From Daphnia carinata (taxonomy: Eukaryota), in NCBI RefSeq assembly GCF_022539665.2, contig NC_081333.1, positions 1,922,001 to 1,986,000 on the forward strand: a stretch of 64,000 bases of DNA, read 5' to 3'. Positions 43,226-58,600 of this stretch are shown in pieces (positions within the stretch are counted from its first letter, which is position 1; every line of letters starts with the position of its first letter). The notes beneath the pieces are model-generated. The model saw nothing but the letters and a program-made list of their open reading frames with translations, made no database searches and was not told the DNA's origin. Made by a program: the position numbers and the translations under genes.

Positions 43226-46200
43226 ATGCACTTTTACGACAGAGCAGCTTTATCACCCACCGCCCTCGATAATATTTTGTTCATCGAATGGAATTCTCAA
43301 ATCGAATACTTCACGTGCAGGTGAATTATAGCAATAGCACATTTTAATCTCGAGACTGCCAATTGCATATCTCTCTAACGCACTCTGTAACAACAGTGAT
43401 GACCTCAAAATCCATTCCTGGGATGGCATCGCAAAGGATAGTTCCATTAAGACAATTACTATAAACAAGGGCTCGCATATCTTAGATATAGACTGCATGA
43501 ATATCAGCCAACAAAGCATGGATCAGCGTAAAAGATCCAGCGAAATGTTTGCCATCGGGACATCTGACGGTCTGTAACAAATAAAAAACTCCCGTCAGCA
43601 CGTCTCATTTCGCTTAACCTCTGCGATCGAAACATTATAGGTAAATGCTACATCATGCACAAGTCAGGGCGTACAGAGAGGGTCATTGATGCTCACAAAG
43701 GAGCAGTGATGAATACCAAGTGGAATCACGATGGTACTAGCTTGCTGACTTCGGGTGAAGACGGCCAACTCAAGATCTGGTCTAGGAGTGGCATGCTAAG
43801 AAGTACCCACACTCAAGCAGATTCGCCAATCTATTCAGCTGTTTGGTCGCCATTCTCCACCGGCGTCTTGTACTCTTCGGGCAAAATAATGACTATCCAG
43901 TCTTTTTCAGCCAATAGCAAGGTCGGTAGAAAATTTATCGAACATCATAAAAACCAAAAATGCTGAATTCAGAAAAAAGAATGCCAGGAATTGATTGAAC
44001 GATGATACAACGAATTAATAGACCTTGCAATGGAAAGCGCACGACAGCGTTGTGCTCGTTGTGGCTTGGAGTTCGATATCGAATCTAATCGCTAGCGGTA
44101 GTGAAGATTGCCACTTCAAGATATGGGATGCCTTGGGACAGCTGTTGTTCAACAGTGCCCCCCGACTCTATCCGATTACATCCATCGCTTGGTCACCTGA
44201 CGGAGCTTTCTGCGCCTTTACTACTTTCTCATCTGTATGTGTTTCGTCTGCCTACGGGGTAATACTTCCTTTTCGTCAGCCTTACTAGTCTTCTTTTCCA
44301 GGACAAAAAAGAAAAAAAAACTAATTAGTTCCATTGTTCTTAATGTCTGTCGGTTTCGCATTCTCAATCGGCAGAGCGATATACTTGAAGGAACTATGGA
44401 CGGTGATGGAATCTCTTCTGTATGTTGGTCACCGGAAGGATCCCAGCTGGTGGCAGGGAATTCAAGTGGAAGAATCCAGATATCCCATCTGGTCAAAGGG
44501 TGTGTACAACTAGATTGCGTTCTATTCTGCTATCCATCATTTGGAAGTCGAGTTTCTATTTTTTATTTTTTTTTACCCGACATATTAATGAATGTTAAAT
44601 CAATCCCATAGGGGCCTCAGTTGGGCCAGCTATAACGTGACCAAGCTCGCGCCCAACACGCTCCAGCTGCGAGATCATTTCAACGAAACGGTCGAGTTAC
44701 TCGAATTTAGAGACGACGTCATTCTGTGGTCATTCAAGTACGGCTACCTTCTATTGGTCAGCCAAACTCATTGCTTCATTCACAAAGAGAATGGATGGAA
44801 CAGTCCGATTACCGTCGACCTGCGAGACAAATGCCCCCAGTTCATCAAACAAACGGAAAAGTTAGTCTCGTTACATCAATTTTCCTTAAAACTCATTGAA
44901 TGATCCTCTATTCTTTTATCACTGGCGCTTTCTACTTGGCCCAGGTATTTCTTAATCATGGACTGCGGCATCCTATACGTCTTTTCCTACGATGGAGCTC
45001 TGCAGGGGACACCGAGAATCTCTAATCAAAGGCTGGCGACGCTGACGGCGGATCACGTCACTGCCGCCAAAGAAGTGATAGCAGCCCGGAGCCCGACTGA
45101 TGGCAGATCGATCCATTGCTGTCACTATCGCACTGGTAAACCGTTGTACGGCGACAAACCACTGGTGCATAGCGGACAGGTGACCAAATTGGAATTGGAT
45201 CCTGGCTCACCAACGGGCGATCAGCTTTTAGCTTTCACCGACGCAGTGCGCGATCTTTACCTCCTGTCTTTATCATCAGGATTAAACAGACTTCGTTCTT
45301 CTCTGAAAATTGGTACGAATGATTTCAGTGTTTTTTTTTTCAAAGCATCTTGGTGATCTGTCATGGCGCTGTCTCTCACAAAACGCGAAATTCATTTTGC
45401 AATTTGTTTTCTGACTTGAACGTTTTTTTGAATTTTGGCAGCTGGAGGTGTGACGTCGTTCGCTTGGAATTGCGATTGTTCCATGCTGGTTATGATAAGA
45501 GAAGAAGAATTGTGCGTGGTACCTTATCCGCCAGCTGTTCCCAATGATCCAGCACTCCTCGACAAGTTCACCATTCGTCAAAACATCCGGTACGTTTCTA
45601 CTTTATTCCTCACCGTGTGCGGTAAAACAGTTTAAACATTTGCAAATTGATATCAGAGAATACGGCAAGCACGTTACCATCCAAAGTTTCGTCGGCCACC
45701 AAGTTACATTACAACGCGGAGACGGGCTAGCCTTTCCCGTCTACCTGTCGCCTTATCCATCCAAGTTGCAGCAATTCGTCTCGAACGGCCAGTGGGAAAG
45801 CGCCCAACGACTCTGCAGTTCCATCAAAGTAAGTGACCCCGTTTCAATTTGTTGAAAACCAACACAGCAAGATCTTCTGCAATCACTTTGCGTTCTTCAA
45901 AAATATGAAGATGGAAATCCTTTGGGTCTGCCTAGCGGCCATGGCGGTGCATTATAAGCAGCTGGACGCCGCCCAGGTAGCTTTCGCAGCACTCCGCGAG
46001 ACGGATAAGATCCTCTACGTTGACGCTATCAAAGTAAAGACATTTTACGCCGTAATGGCATTCTCGGATTCTTCCTTTTCTCATTTCCCACTCAAGTTGT
46101 AAACAATAAAAAATTCTATATATAATTGAGAGTATAGAAGATGAATAACGTGGCCATGATCAAGGCGGAGACTGCGCTCTTGCAGAACGGACGCACCGAA

Positions 46201-46652
46201 GCTGAAACTATTCTCCTTCAGGCTGGGCTACCTTTGAAAGCCATCATGTTGAATTTGCAGTTGTTCCAGTTCGAAAAGTAGGCCACCACTCCCCTAGTTT
46301 GCGCCTCTTTTTATTCAATTTTTTTTATTTTTTGCCAACATCCGGATTAATTAAACGATTTCTTTCTTCAATCTCTCCTCTCCACTTTTAATCCAATTGT
46401 AGAGCTCTTGAGCTAGCGGTCAAGCACGATTCCAACATCGACGTGGTGGTCGCCTACCGGCGCAAGTACCTCGAGCAATTCGGATGGACCGAAACGATTC
46501 CGCGATTCATCGAATACGCCAAGAAAGTAAGAGATAATTCATTCATTCATCTCCATTGAGATGGACCGTGCATATTAAATCTTTTCGATTCATTGGGGGA
46601 CTAGGTCGACATCGACTGGGATGCCATTGAAGAGAAACTAGTGGACGAATGA
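43226..46652 (+). CDS. IFT80: Intraflagellar transport protein 80 (WD40)
   Basis: AHKGAV..KWNHDGTSLLTSGEDGQLKIWSRSGMLRS, WKAHDSVVLVVAWS, ALELAVKHDSNIDVVVAYRRKYL, terminal VDIDWDAIEEK. Confidence 0.92.
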
Positions 46653-49600
46653 TGACTCCGATGTAATTATACAATTCACCGGGCTTTGTGTGCCATCGTA
46701 TTAGCATATTCATACGTTGCCGTGCCATTGCGAAAGGATGCGCAAAAAAAGGAATAACCATAACCTTTGTCGAGTTACACAATACAACACTACAAAGCAA
46801 TGCGCTGTGTGTCTGGCCAAAATGTTTACAATCGATGGGTTTTGGCCCGAGCTCGTGCCTTTTCAATCCACTGGCGCCCTATCGTTCACGATTAAGCAAT
46901 TTCAAAGGTAATTTTTGCGGGTTAAAGTCACTGATGACTGGCGAAAAAGAAAAAAAATGTTCGGGGAAAGTCGTTGATTGCCGGGGAAAAAACAAACAAG
47001 TGAACACGAAATATCGTGATAATGTAAACGGTCGTTAAATCAACAACTGGAGTTCAGTATCACTGCAAGTGTAATTAGATACTTCCTTACGTTATGCGTT
47101 GAACTATTCTGACCTGGTGTTTGAACCGACATTGCATTTGTTTAACGGCCAGCTTTTTAAATACAAAAAGAGGAGAGTCAGAAAAAAAAAAAACCAACGG
47201 CATTATATAGCGGCAGCTAAAATAAACGATGACCGAGGAGCGAACGCTGGAACGTGAACGACGATATCCACATACGTGCAGAAGCAAACGAAAAATGTGT
47301 TTTTTTTTCTTTCTGTTTGTTTGTGTTTCCATGTCCTTTCGAGTGGCTCTTGCCCTTTTCTTTTTAATGTATTCAAAAAAAGCTGTGCAGACCAGGGTCG
47401 CATGGATTCTTGCCAACATCGAAAATTCGTCCATCTTCTTTTTTTTTTGGAATTCCGGAAGACTTTGTATGGAACGAAGTTGATCCGCTCCGAGCTATCG
47501 GCCAACTGTCTGGTCCATTCGACAGTTATTTCTTCCTTCGACCTACCCTGAGGATGAAATCATACGCCGGATAAAATTTCTTTTATTGATTCGAATCGCA
47601 TTTTCGAACCGACTTGTTTGGGCACGAGTGTTGCTTTCGCAGTTAAAGAGATCGTTCTAACGATATACCGGTTTTATTTGTATATGTGCGTGAGGATCAC
47701 GAGGAGGCTTCTGGCTGTAAAATTGGAATGCAAAGATCGCCAGCCCAAAAAATCGGTTGATTGGAATCTCTTGCATGTTAATTTCTATTGATTTTTTTCC
47801 TTTTTCTTCCAATGGAGATTCAGACATTACTCGTGATAAGCAACGCCAAATATAGGTCAGGCCGTTTTGGATGATTGTCTTATTTTTTTTAAATTTCCTT
47901 GTATGTTTTTATTTTCTTCTTTAAAACACAAAATTTATAGATTAGTCTTTCTATGCGAAAAATATTCGTTCGTTTTATGAAGGAATGTATATATATATAT
48001 ATATTTCCTTTTTTGGTGCTACAGAGTATTACATCAATACGACACGCCATAACCATGGATCTCTCGTTAATGTTTGAAAAAAAAAAATAAAAAGAACCCG
48101 TCGAGGCATATCGAATTTGATTCATTCATCGTACAACGATCCTCTGATCAGTTCACAAGAATACGATATGCATATGGATGATATGCACAAAAAAAAATTT
48201 CGGGTAAAAAGAAAAGGGTCGCTGATTTACGATTGTGTTTATTGCTTTTCATTCCCAGCGTTTGTTTTTTCGTATTTCCTGTGTTTCTTTCCTTTCATTT
48301 CGCCCGCCCATACACGAAATTTCAAAGTTGTCCCAGAACGGAATTTTTAAAACGCGCGTGTTTAGCGAAACAGACGAGACTTTCAGTCCAGCGCGTACAT
48401 GTAATTGACTGGGAAGTAAAACGTGATGTAGGCCTGCTGTCGTATTCTGATGCATTCATTTTTTCGTGATTGAACGAAACAAAAAAAAAAAAACAGAAAA
48501 AATATTTTCCTTTCTATTTTACGAGAGTGCCGTTAGCTTTATTATTCCGGGGTTGCCCGGAAAAGATCTTCCGCCGTAGGTGTCAAGTCGTCATTCCTAA
48601 CAATTTGTGCGTGTAAAATTTGGAAGAAGGAGAGGGAGGCTTTTGTGAAGAAATTGGTTAAAATGTTAGAGAAATAACAACAACACATTGGCCCACGACT
48701 GCGGTAGGTAAAGCAAAGAATATTTTCAAGGCGATGCTCATGCTCATCATCAATTTTTCGGTCCTCTTTTTCTTTTTTTTTTTTTACCTATACAGCTAGC
48801 GGCGATGATGACCTCTCCTCGCCGCATGACGTTGTACCGACCCGGCGCTGCGCCAATCACGGTAATAATGGACCACCTTCAATCGAGTGATTTATATTTG
48901 AACATAAAAGCATTCAAGTCGCCTAGTCCTATGCGCGATCTCTTGCTGATGTATTTTTAATGAGCGCGTTCTTTTAAGTTTTCCTTTTTCGAGAAAGTAT
49001 AGCGACTGACCCAGAGATGATGTGTCTCGAAAAAAACAAAAAACAATTGTTTCTTTCTCTTTATCTCATTCTCGTTTTATTCTTTAAAGAGAAAACCTGT
49101 ACTCGGAAAGCCGAGGTCCATTTGTCGCAAACATATCATCAAAAAGGCCGACCTTTTAAAGTGTAATAACATCGGGCCACTGCACGAAATGTTCGATTTG
49201 GTACGGTCCGATATCCAAGTGGGTCAACTATTCCAGGGCTCTTCTTCTTCCTTTTATACACTTGGGGCTCTTTAAATGTGCAGTGTCCGGGTGTACTCTT
49301 TCTGCGTGTTAAACAAAAATTAGATTGAATATAATTAGAAGAAGAAGAAAAGATGATTGCGCCCTTTTCTTTCTTCTGGTTTGTGTTGTTTCGAATTATT
49401 TACGATTGTCTGAACAGACAATGCGAAAAGAATAGGGGCGTATTGTTGCTGAAGAATTCTTTTTTGCTGACGTCAAGAACTATTTACTGAACGATTGTGA
49501 TCGTGAGCAAATCAGCCGCAAGCAACATATGCGCAAACACACACACACAGTCTATGTACGATAATCTCTCGAGCATATTGTGCGGATGAACTAGATTTTC

Positions 49601-52600
49601 ACATATGTTTTATAACGCCCACACATTATAGTGACGTCAGTCGGCTTCATTTGATTCCTTGTTTTGATCACGAACGATCTTTAACGTTAAGATTAATATA
49701 CCTGTTCGTCATTTGTTCGTTTTTCCGTTTGCGCGTGCGGGATGGGTTTCGGCTACCTGTAACATGTCGGCCATCACCCGTGAATGAACATCAACTGATG
49801 CCAATAACTCCACCCATCCCGAAAGGGGAAAAAAGGAAGAGAATGGCTGGAACAAGTTTTCTGTTCCAGTTCCTGTTCCATTTTTTGTTTTTTAAAGAAA
49901 TATCGTTATCGGTTTGAGCGGAGAAGTTGGCCAAAAGAGAGTGCAGCAAACAACAATCGTGAGCTAATCGACACGCCCTTGTTTTCCATTCCTTTTCGTG
50001 TGTCTTCATCTGTTTCACGAGACTCGGACAGCTGACATCGACTTCTCATTTTTTTAAGTAACTCTGAAAAAGAAACGACTAGTAAAAAGAGAGTTGAAAT
50101 TTATAGACTAGCATGTAATATCTATAAATGTATATAGAGTATATCATCAGGATAATAACAATAATTGTTATCATAACTTTGCGCGCGACGATCTCGCTTC
50201 TTTCTTGTACACGAATGGCACAGATGGCGGATTGTAACAAGAACGCAAATTGTCCCATTAAAAGACGAGATGTATGGGCTATACTCAAACGTGAAGTGCG
50301 TGTATATGTACAACATTTCTCGACGTCTTTCCAAGCCTCTGCCGTTTTATTTTTACAACAGTCCCATCAGATTTTTTGACAGATGACCTTCCTGGCCGAA
50401 CTCGTCCACATTCTCCTGTGTTGCAGGTGGCTTGAAAACAACAGCATATGCGGACCTTATTAAAAAATCATTCTCTATCTCGTGTAACATTCAAGAGTCT
50501 TTAATCAACATTTATCCCTTTTTTTCCAAATTCAAACGTTTAAAAAAAAAAAAAAACAGCAAATTTGTGTTAGTAGTTCAGGCGGACGTCTTACTCATCT
50601 TCGTCCCTCAAATAAAAAAGCCTTTTTCTTTTATCACGATACGCACACCCCCCATATTTTTTTTTTTGCGGCCGTTCATCCACTCTTTCGTGCTGCTGCT
50701 CGGTATTTTACGACACTCGTTTTCGTCCGAAACGACGAGCCCATTCTTTTTTTTATAGACGCAACACGCAGGGCAGGGTGGATTCCTTTTTCAAACATTG
50801 TGCCTTGTTTCATTCATAAGAAGTTAAAACAATATAGCAAAAAAAAAAAGGAGGGAGGAACTATTTGGAATGTATGTAAAAAGAAAAAAAAACAACCAAG
50901 AAAGAAAGAAAAAGAATTGTGTTGCGCGTTGTTTTATTTCAACTACACACGCACATCTATACCTGCTGATACTTGGCCATTGCGTTCAAGTGAAATGGAG
51001 GAAGAAGAAGAAGACGAAGAAGAAGAAGAAAAAAACTATAAAATATATATCTAACTCATCGTATATTTTCTGTTGTTGTTGTTACCTGGGTATGTATTGC
51101 CTCGCAGGGATATAACGAATTCATTTCGCTTTGGCTCTCCTGCTCCTCTTTTTTTTTTTTTGGACTCTAATAATATATACTTTGGCCGTGTCGGAATCGT
51201 GCATGGGTCATCACTGCGGGATTTCTTCTCTCCCCCCCCCCCTTTTTTTTTCTTGCTATTTCAATTGTCGGGAATTTTTTTTTTTTCCTTTTCCCGTATC
51301 TTTCTGATGGCCCTTCTCGTAGGATTGCGCGGACTTTTCTCTTGTTCGGTAACAAGCTACGGAATGTCGGTCAAGTTGCTGCATGTCATCGGAAAAATGA
51401 AATAAACATTTTCGGTTCTGGAATTATTTGAAAATTTCCCGCCGCTCTTTTATGTGTCTCGAGTTTCCTGAGCACGCCCTTGTTTCTACTTCCTATAAAA
51501 GCACTTTAAAAAAGGAAAAAAGATCGTGAACAAATTGATGCGAATTTGTTTTGTTTTGAATTATTCCGTCATCGTCATCGTGTGACCCAATCAGTTCAAT
51601 TCATCCGATTTTTCCTTTTTTAAACATTTTTTTTTCTTAGCTCCCTAAAAAGACAAGACCATGGCCTTTAAGATCTTTCATTTTTTTTTTTTCGTGTTCC
51701 AACGCAATGACGTCAGCACAACACGGAGGAAGAATTTTTTAATATTTAATGAGATAATAAATGAAAAAGAAAATTTCAGCCTCTGTGTCTCATCATTATT
51801 ATGCACGCGGATACATTCTACGATGTGCTTCTGTAGATGGACTGTTTGAGAGGGCAAGAGTTGAATGCTTCATCAACGAAGGACATTTTTTTTTCAAACA
51901 TAGTCTTGACCATTCCAACTTGAAAAGCTCCTGCGCCTTCGCAAAAATGATAACCCGGATATGTACGTTGACGATTTTCTTTTATATACAATCATATTTT
52001 TAAATGAAAAAAGAGAAACATCAAGTAATAAGGGTCAAGCAATGAGAACACTAGCTCACCACTTTATTTCTTGTTGTCTATGATTAGATGGGGCGAAACA
52101 AAGTGACAACATATATTCTTCCTCTATATCCCAGAAATGGTGATCTGTGTCAATTAGAGCACTGGAATGCCGTTTTCAAAATCAGCTTTTAACAATGTCG
52201 TCTTTGAAAATGTGTTAAAAACAAAAGCGTGTAGTCAATCTTTGCATAAGCAGGACAATGATTCCCCTGTTTGCTTATTACCAGTTCTTTTGCATAATAC
52301 TACGACTCCTCATTCTCCATATAGGGCTTAGATATCCCAGTATCGAAGTCATAAACAGTAAAATGACGGACAGGATTACACGCGTATGCCATTACATCGA
52401 GAACCGGTTGACTTTGTTTTCTCTTTTTCAACTTAAATTAATGTGCCACTGAATGCGTATTTGTTTGGTCATTTGAAACATTGGTCAGCTACAAACCTCC
52501 TTTTATTAAGATCGTCCATGTCCCACTTTTTGTTTTTTGTTTCATAGAATACATGTTTTGATGTACCAATTTGAATTGTGATACGTGCGGTCGTCGACAA

Positions 52601-55600
52601 TGAACAAAAATGTCAATCACCGGAATTTGCGCAACGATTTCGATGACATCAAGTGCTTTACGCCAGACCAAAAGAAATTAAACATGCAGCTATAATACTG
52701 GGTAACGTCAACCGCCGTTGAGGTCTACTTAAATACGCATTACAATGTTTCTTTTTGAATCTCCGTCCGTTATATGTGTCGTTACGCGTGCCTTCATACA
52801 AGAATATACCTCCCCTCGAAAAATGATGTAACTATATACGCGCTAAAGTTGTTATTACGTTTCAAACGTGCGTCTCTTCTGCAGCGCCCTATTAAAGCGC
52901 GTGATCGGCGTGACACCCAACCGCACACGAAATATTATTTAAATGTTTTTAATTTCTCCCCCCCCCCCCTTTTTTTATAAGATAAAATCCAGGCCGAGGG
53001 AGTGTCATTAATGACATTGATTTAAAATGAATTTCCTCTTCAACATTGAAATGGTTTCAACCACGCGAGACCGGGACGGGACGAACTGTTTCGAATGGTA
53101 TACGCGTTGGTGGCTGCAATTGGGATTATCTCGAATTGAGGACATCACATGACCATCAACGTCATCGTCCGTCTTCAAACTAACGAGGAAATCCATTTGA
53201 GAGTTTAAAATTTTAACCTGATAATTGGACTCCAAAGGGGAAACGAAAAGAACGAGGGTTTCGAAAATGGCTGCGTGAATTGATGAGACATTGTGCCCTA
53301 ACTTCTTGTTAGAGTTTGTAGAGAGAGTGGGGGGGCAACAAGTGCACTGAGAAGTCAATGGCGGTAACGATTCCATTTAATTGGTCTATTGTTTTTACTC
53401 TAGTAGAGCGTCGGCTTGCGCTTGTGTTTTCAAAACAAAATCGTCATTCATTTAAAAAGACTGAAAAAAAGGTGAAGCAACTAATGAAGGCAAAGAGAAG
53501 AAAAAAAAAAACGTGCAAATGCCGCCGCCACTGTGGTGAGGGGTTTCCACATTAACCGACGGCGCGGCTCCCGCAGCCGCGTGCAATCAATTAGAGCATC
53601 ACACAACAAATCCCGTGATCACCAATATGTACAACCGTAAGGCGTCTGTGTATATGTTCTATCCTTTTTCTTTTACCGTTCATCCGCGGCAGCTCGTTTC
53701 GTGATTCATAACGATTTTCACGTTTCTCTCTCTCCCTTCTCTCTCTTTTTCTTTTTTATCGGTTATTGTTATTCATTTTTAAATACAGCGAAGGAGGCAA
53801 TCTAACTGATATTTTCCCTTATTTCTGAGTGTGTTGCGTGTAACGCTATATGCGTCGGTTACGTGTTGCATGACGATGTTCGTTCTCAGTTGCGTTTGTG
53901 ACTGCAAGGGCGGCACCACAGGGTGTGATTACAGGCGTCGGGAATAACGTTTGATTTAAGAAAAAAAAGACATTTTGCCATGGCGTTGCGATCGATTGAG
54001 TGCGCATCATTTAATCCAATCTTATTGTACATTGACACAGCCAAGACAATAGCGCTAAATATTTTAGACGATTGCCGAAAGTCACGTAAACGCTGATGCA
54101 CATTGCGCGTTTCTCGGATAGGAATTTGAGTAAAGAAGAATGTAGAGTTCAAACATCCAAATCAAACGTGTGCTGAGAAAATTCTTCTCGTTTCACGTTG
54201 TACAGGAATTTTTTTTTTATATCGAGTGAAGGAGAAGACCCGGGTCGTATATCGGAAATGACAAACTCTAACCGGCTGCCTATAAGGAATGTAAATTGGT
54301 GAGATGTTTGAGCACGGGGAAGGGATTACAAGAGAATCTTGTAGAATGAAAGAAAAAAAAAATTCAGAAGAGATGGGAATAACTTAACGAATTATTTTTT
54401 TGCTAGACTCGTTTCTACAAGGAAAAAAAAGAGAAAACATTTGATGGAATTACACAAGCCGGATGGAACCTCTGTCATTAGAGTCCGTAAAGAGCGAGAG
54501 GCAATTAACCACAACGACTATAGCCTTTCATCTGTTGTAGTTTGAGATTTAAAAAAACAATTCTTTTAATCGGACATTTCTGCTGTATTAAAAGAAGGGG
54601 AATTAAGCGCATTGCTGATCTCCTTTTTCAACGTCTCTCATTAGGGGCGGGGAAATAGAAACAACACACACACACACAAAAAAAAAACAGGAAACGATTT
54701 ACAGATTCATTATTTGGGGCTTGAACTCTTTTGTTCGTGGCCCTAAGTAAGAGAACAATTTATCGACCCATTGTCAGTCAATTTCCATTTAAAACAGACC
54801 CTCAGACGAAAAGTATTTTTCTATTTCAACATCCATACATTTTATAGAAGAAAATAGCCATCAGATTTGAAAATAGCGCGTTAGGAATAGCCAATGGCGT
54901 CGCATGATTCATCGCCTGGTTAGTTAGCGTCACGTCATTTGCGAACGCAAAAAAAAAAAAATGAATGAGAATTTCAATAAACAACAGAACATTGTACACC
55001 AGTGGTCGTTCTCTCATTCATTTATTTTTCTAACAAGGAAAAGAAAACAAAAAATCTGTTGCGCGTACCGGTAAAACTAACGTCTTTGACGGCGACACTC
55101 CGGCATGTTTGTGTAAACAGCGTTACGCGAAAACTTGACAGACAATGCAGCCAAAGTAATCATAAACAACGATGAGAGTGAAAAAAAACAAAAAACAAAT
55201 TTCTCCGTAAGAAAGAACGTACCAAAAAAAAAAAAAATATAAATCAAATAGAGGAAAAACAAAAAACAACGGCCTTCATGTTACCGTTTGTTTTTGTTAT
55301 GTTAAGCACGGTGATGTGCGGCTGCGTAATTTTTTTCAATTTTCATTAATTTTTTTTTTTTCGGTGTTGATACAGTTTGTTTTTTCCCAGAGCTGTTGAA
55401 GGTTTCCGGCTGGTTCTAGCACTCTCCGTTACCGAGTTATCACGCACCGAACGGACCCTACCAATCACTACCAGTTGTGTTTCATACATTCAAACCCTTT
55501 ACCTTTTTGGGGTGGGCGATCATGTTCTCTTGAAAGTGACAGTTTTATTCTTTCATTGTTGTCCTTAGTGTGTGGCATAATAAGAAACGTCTGTAACAAA

Positions 55601-58600
55601 CAGTTAAACTCAAAATAACAAAGTCAAAAGCTTCTTTTGTTTTTTTTCCACCTGTATTTCCAAACTTCCCCGCCAGTACTTGACGATAGGTGAACCGTAT
55701 CCTGGTTATTTTGTCGTTTCTTCTGGCTCGAATAGGCGACAAGAACTTAAAAGAGTTAGCGCAATGACTCGGCAACCCACTTTTCCACGCTCACGGGGGG
55801 AGGATTGTGTCGCCTTTTCCCAAAGCGCCATCGTATAGACCGTGTAGAGCATCATTTACAAAGATCGGGTCCTATCCTGCGGTCATCGATGTTTCTTTTT
55901 TCCCATGTTATATACATTTGTTTCTTTAAAAAAAGAATGAAATAAAATAAAATCTTCTTGCCGGGAAGGTTTACAACACAACCCGCTAGGAATGTCCGAT
56001 TTTGTGTGTCCCCGCTGAACGTTGGGATATGAAACAAAAGTCCTGTTGGTCAGCCAGGGAAAAAGTCACCAAACCGTGGAAGCCTAGTGACCGTATGGAG
56101 AGATACAACAAACGGTATAAACAAATGCCACTATGTATACACGTAATAATAATCAATATTTGTAACACCCGCAGTATGTAGCGGTGAATGTATATCGCAT
56201 CCATTCTCGAGGGCAGCATCGAGATTTCTTTCTGGTCTTTCGCTTTTATTCTATTTTTTTTTTTTTTCACACTGTTTACATACACCGCAGTTGAAGTGAT
56301 TGTTTTTTGTTTTTTTTTGTACGCCAGTTATAGGACGGGAAAAAAACATTGGCTGTGTTTCGGTTGGACTACGAGACGATTCGAATGATGTAACATCAGA
56401 AAAGGACGGTCGCCAACATGTAGGTCATTTCGTACGTTTCAATGAGTGTAGAGAAAGAATGTGAATGCGCATCTTATGCTACATGGAAGGACGATTTAAA
56501 TACGAGAGGAGAAAAATCACGCGTGTCATGGTGTTCAACATTCTTCGTCATCTTCTATGGAAAATAAAGAAACAGAATGGCCTTTATGACAGCAACTAGT
56601 CAAACAAAGTGCCAAAACTGCCTCACCAAAATAGGGTTGAAAATGCGTGTAAGGAAAAGAATAGAAACAAGTCGTTCATCTCTTGTCCAAACAGTTGCAT
56701 ACATGTTCTTGAAGAAGGGGCTTTCAAAAGGTCTATCGGTCAAGGACTCGTCACTAGGAAAAATATTATTTTTATTTTGTCGTGAAAATTCAAGTGAAAC
56801 GAGGAAATGACTTGGCGGATGACTGGCTTCAGCAACCAATTTTCTTCGATAGTCTCGTGCGTTTATAGGACAGCAGTGTGTGATTGGGCTGTTGTTGCGA
56901 GGTAGCTGAAAGCCTCCGAGGTCAAAGAATTTTAAATGCAACCAAGAAATGATTTAAGTCGATTCTCAAACATTCCTACGTTGTTTTTCCTTCTTCTTTT
57001 ATGATCATATCTCGGGAGTGACAGGCGTACCGCTAAATCCCGCACGTATGTTATGACAGTGAACAATTTCTTTTCATTTTACAAAGAACAAGAAAAGAAT
57101 GCTAAATAATTTTTTACGCAAGCCGCAAAAGCAAAACACTGTCGACCGCAGGCACAGGGGTCATCCCGACAGCCATCTATTTTGCCTATAGTGTCATCGT
57201 TTTTTTTTTTTTTGGTTTGCAATATTGGCCGGCCGGTATGCCTGTTACGCGCGTCCTCATTATTTTTATTTTTTGGGGATCGATCGAAGTGATTCAAATC
57301 AAGCCGAAATTGAAACGCTATTATCATCGCAGACGTGCATGTCATTTATGTAAAGGCAAGAACGGGTATGCGGTGTGCTACCAAAAGACACGTCGCGAAA
57401 ATTGCCCAAAAAAATAAGTGGCGGGCAAAATAATAGGCCATTTGAATCAACAAAATGGTATAGGAAAAGCAAAAAGAAAAAAGAAGGTCTGCCAATAATA
57501 AAAAAGATAACCGCGTCGTCCGAAGCTATCAAGGTGTGTAACAAAGTGGGCGCGGAGGGTTGGCGGTCATCCAAGGTCCACTCACGGACAATATTACAAA
57601 CTACCGTTTATCGGGCCGTTGGACGACGCTCTTCTTGGTCATCCAATAAAAACGCAAATACCGGAAAACGGCTATATAACACGTACACTTTTGCGTTCTT
57701 TTTCTTTCTTTTTCCCTGTGGTGAAACTAATGATGTTGGCCATTTTTTTTTTACAAGTCCCGCAAGGAAACAAACAAGGCGTCGGGTCTCAGCAGGTCAG
57801 CTGATTCGTTTTTTTCTAGGGCGCTGTCTAGACTGGGCCGTGCAATCAACGCGGGAAACGATGTGTTATCTAAAGGCCAACATCGATCAAGTCTATAAAA
57901 ATACAAAAGAGATGACGTCATTTAGAACTTAGCGAATTATTTTTTTGCATTTTTGGACATTGGCCGAAAGAACATTGTCACTACTCTGCTCGGCACGACT
58001 TACTTTGCAATCTTTTGTTTCTTCGCATCGTACTATTTAACATCTTAAAAAGGAGATTATGGCCGTTTTTTTTTTGTCTCAAAGAGACACGATCTGACAA
58101 CCGTGTAATCAAGGGAAAGATCCTGATAGTTGTTTATATCCTATTTTCGTCTTTTGCACTACACTTTGTTCCTTTTCGTGGCTTCGCAAGTTTCTCCGAG
58201 CCCGTTAAATGACGTCACATTCGCCTCGCCTATTGCTTGTAATCGTACGGGCGCTAAAGTGCTTAAGACTATAGGTTTAAGTAAAATGTTGTGTGTCATT
58301 CGTGGCACATCAAAGTGACCTAATCTTCCCGAATATTCCTCGTAGAACAGGTGAAAAGTAAGAGACGGTTGACGTGTTGGAACTAAGCCACGTATGAGCC
58401 TTACACGCGTACGTTGTTGACATGTGTCTGTCTGTGTGCGCAAATAGTTATCGTGTGGATTCCACGTTGAACGCGTCGCTCCCATCTTTCAGCCGACTTT
58501 TGAAGTCAAAATTTAGTGAGCGTGACCCAGACTTTCTTGATTCTAGGTCCGCCTCGTTCCTTTTTCATGTCTCTTACGTTTTCCCTCCCTTTTTATTTCT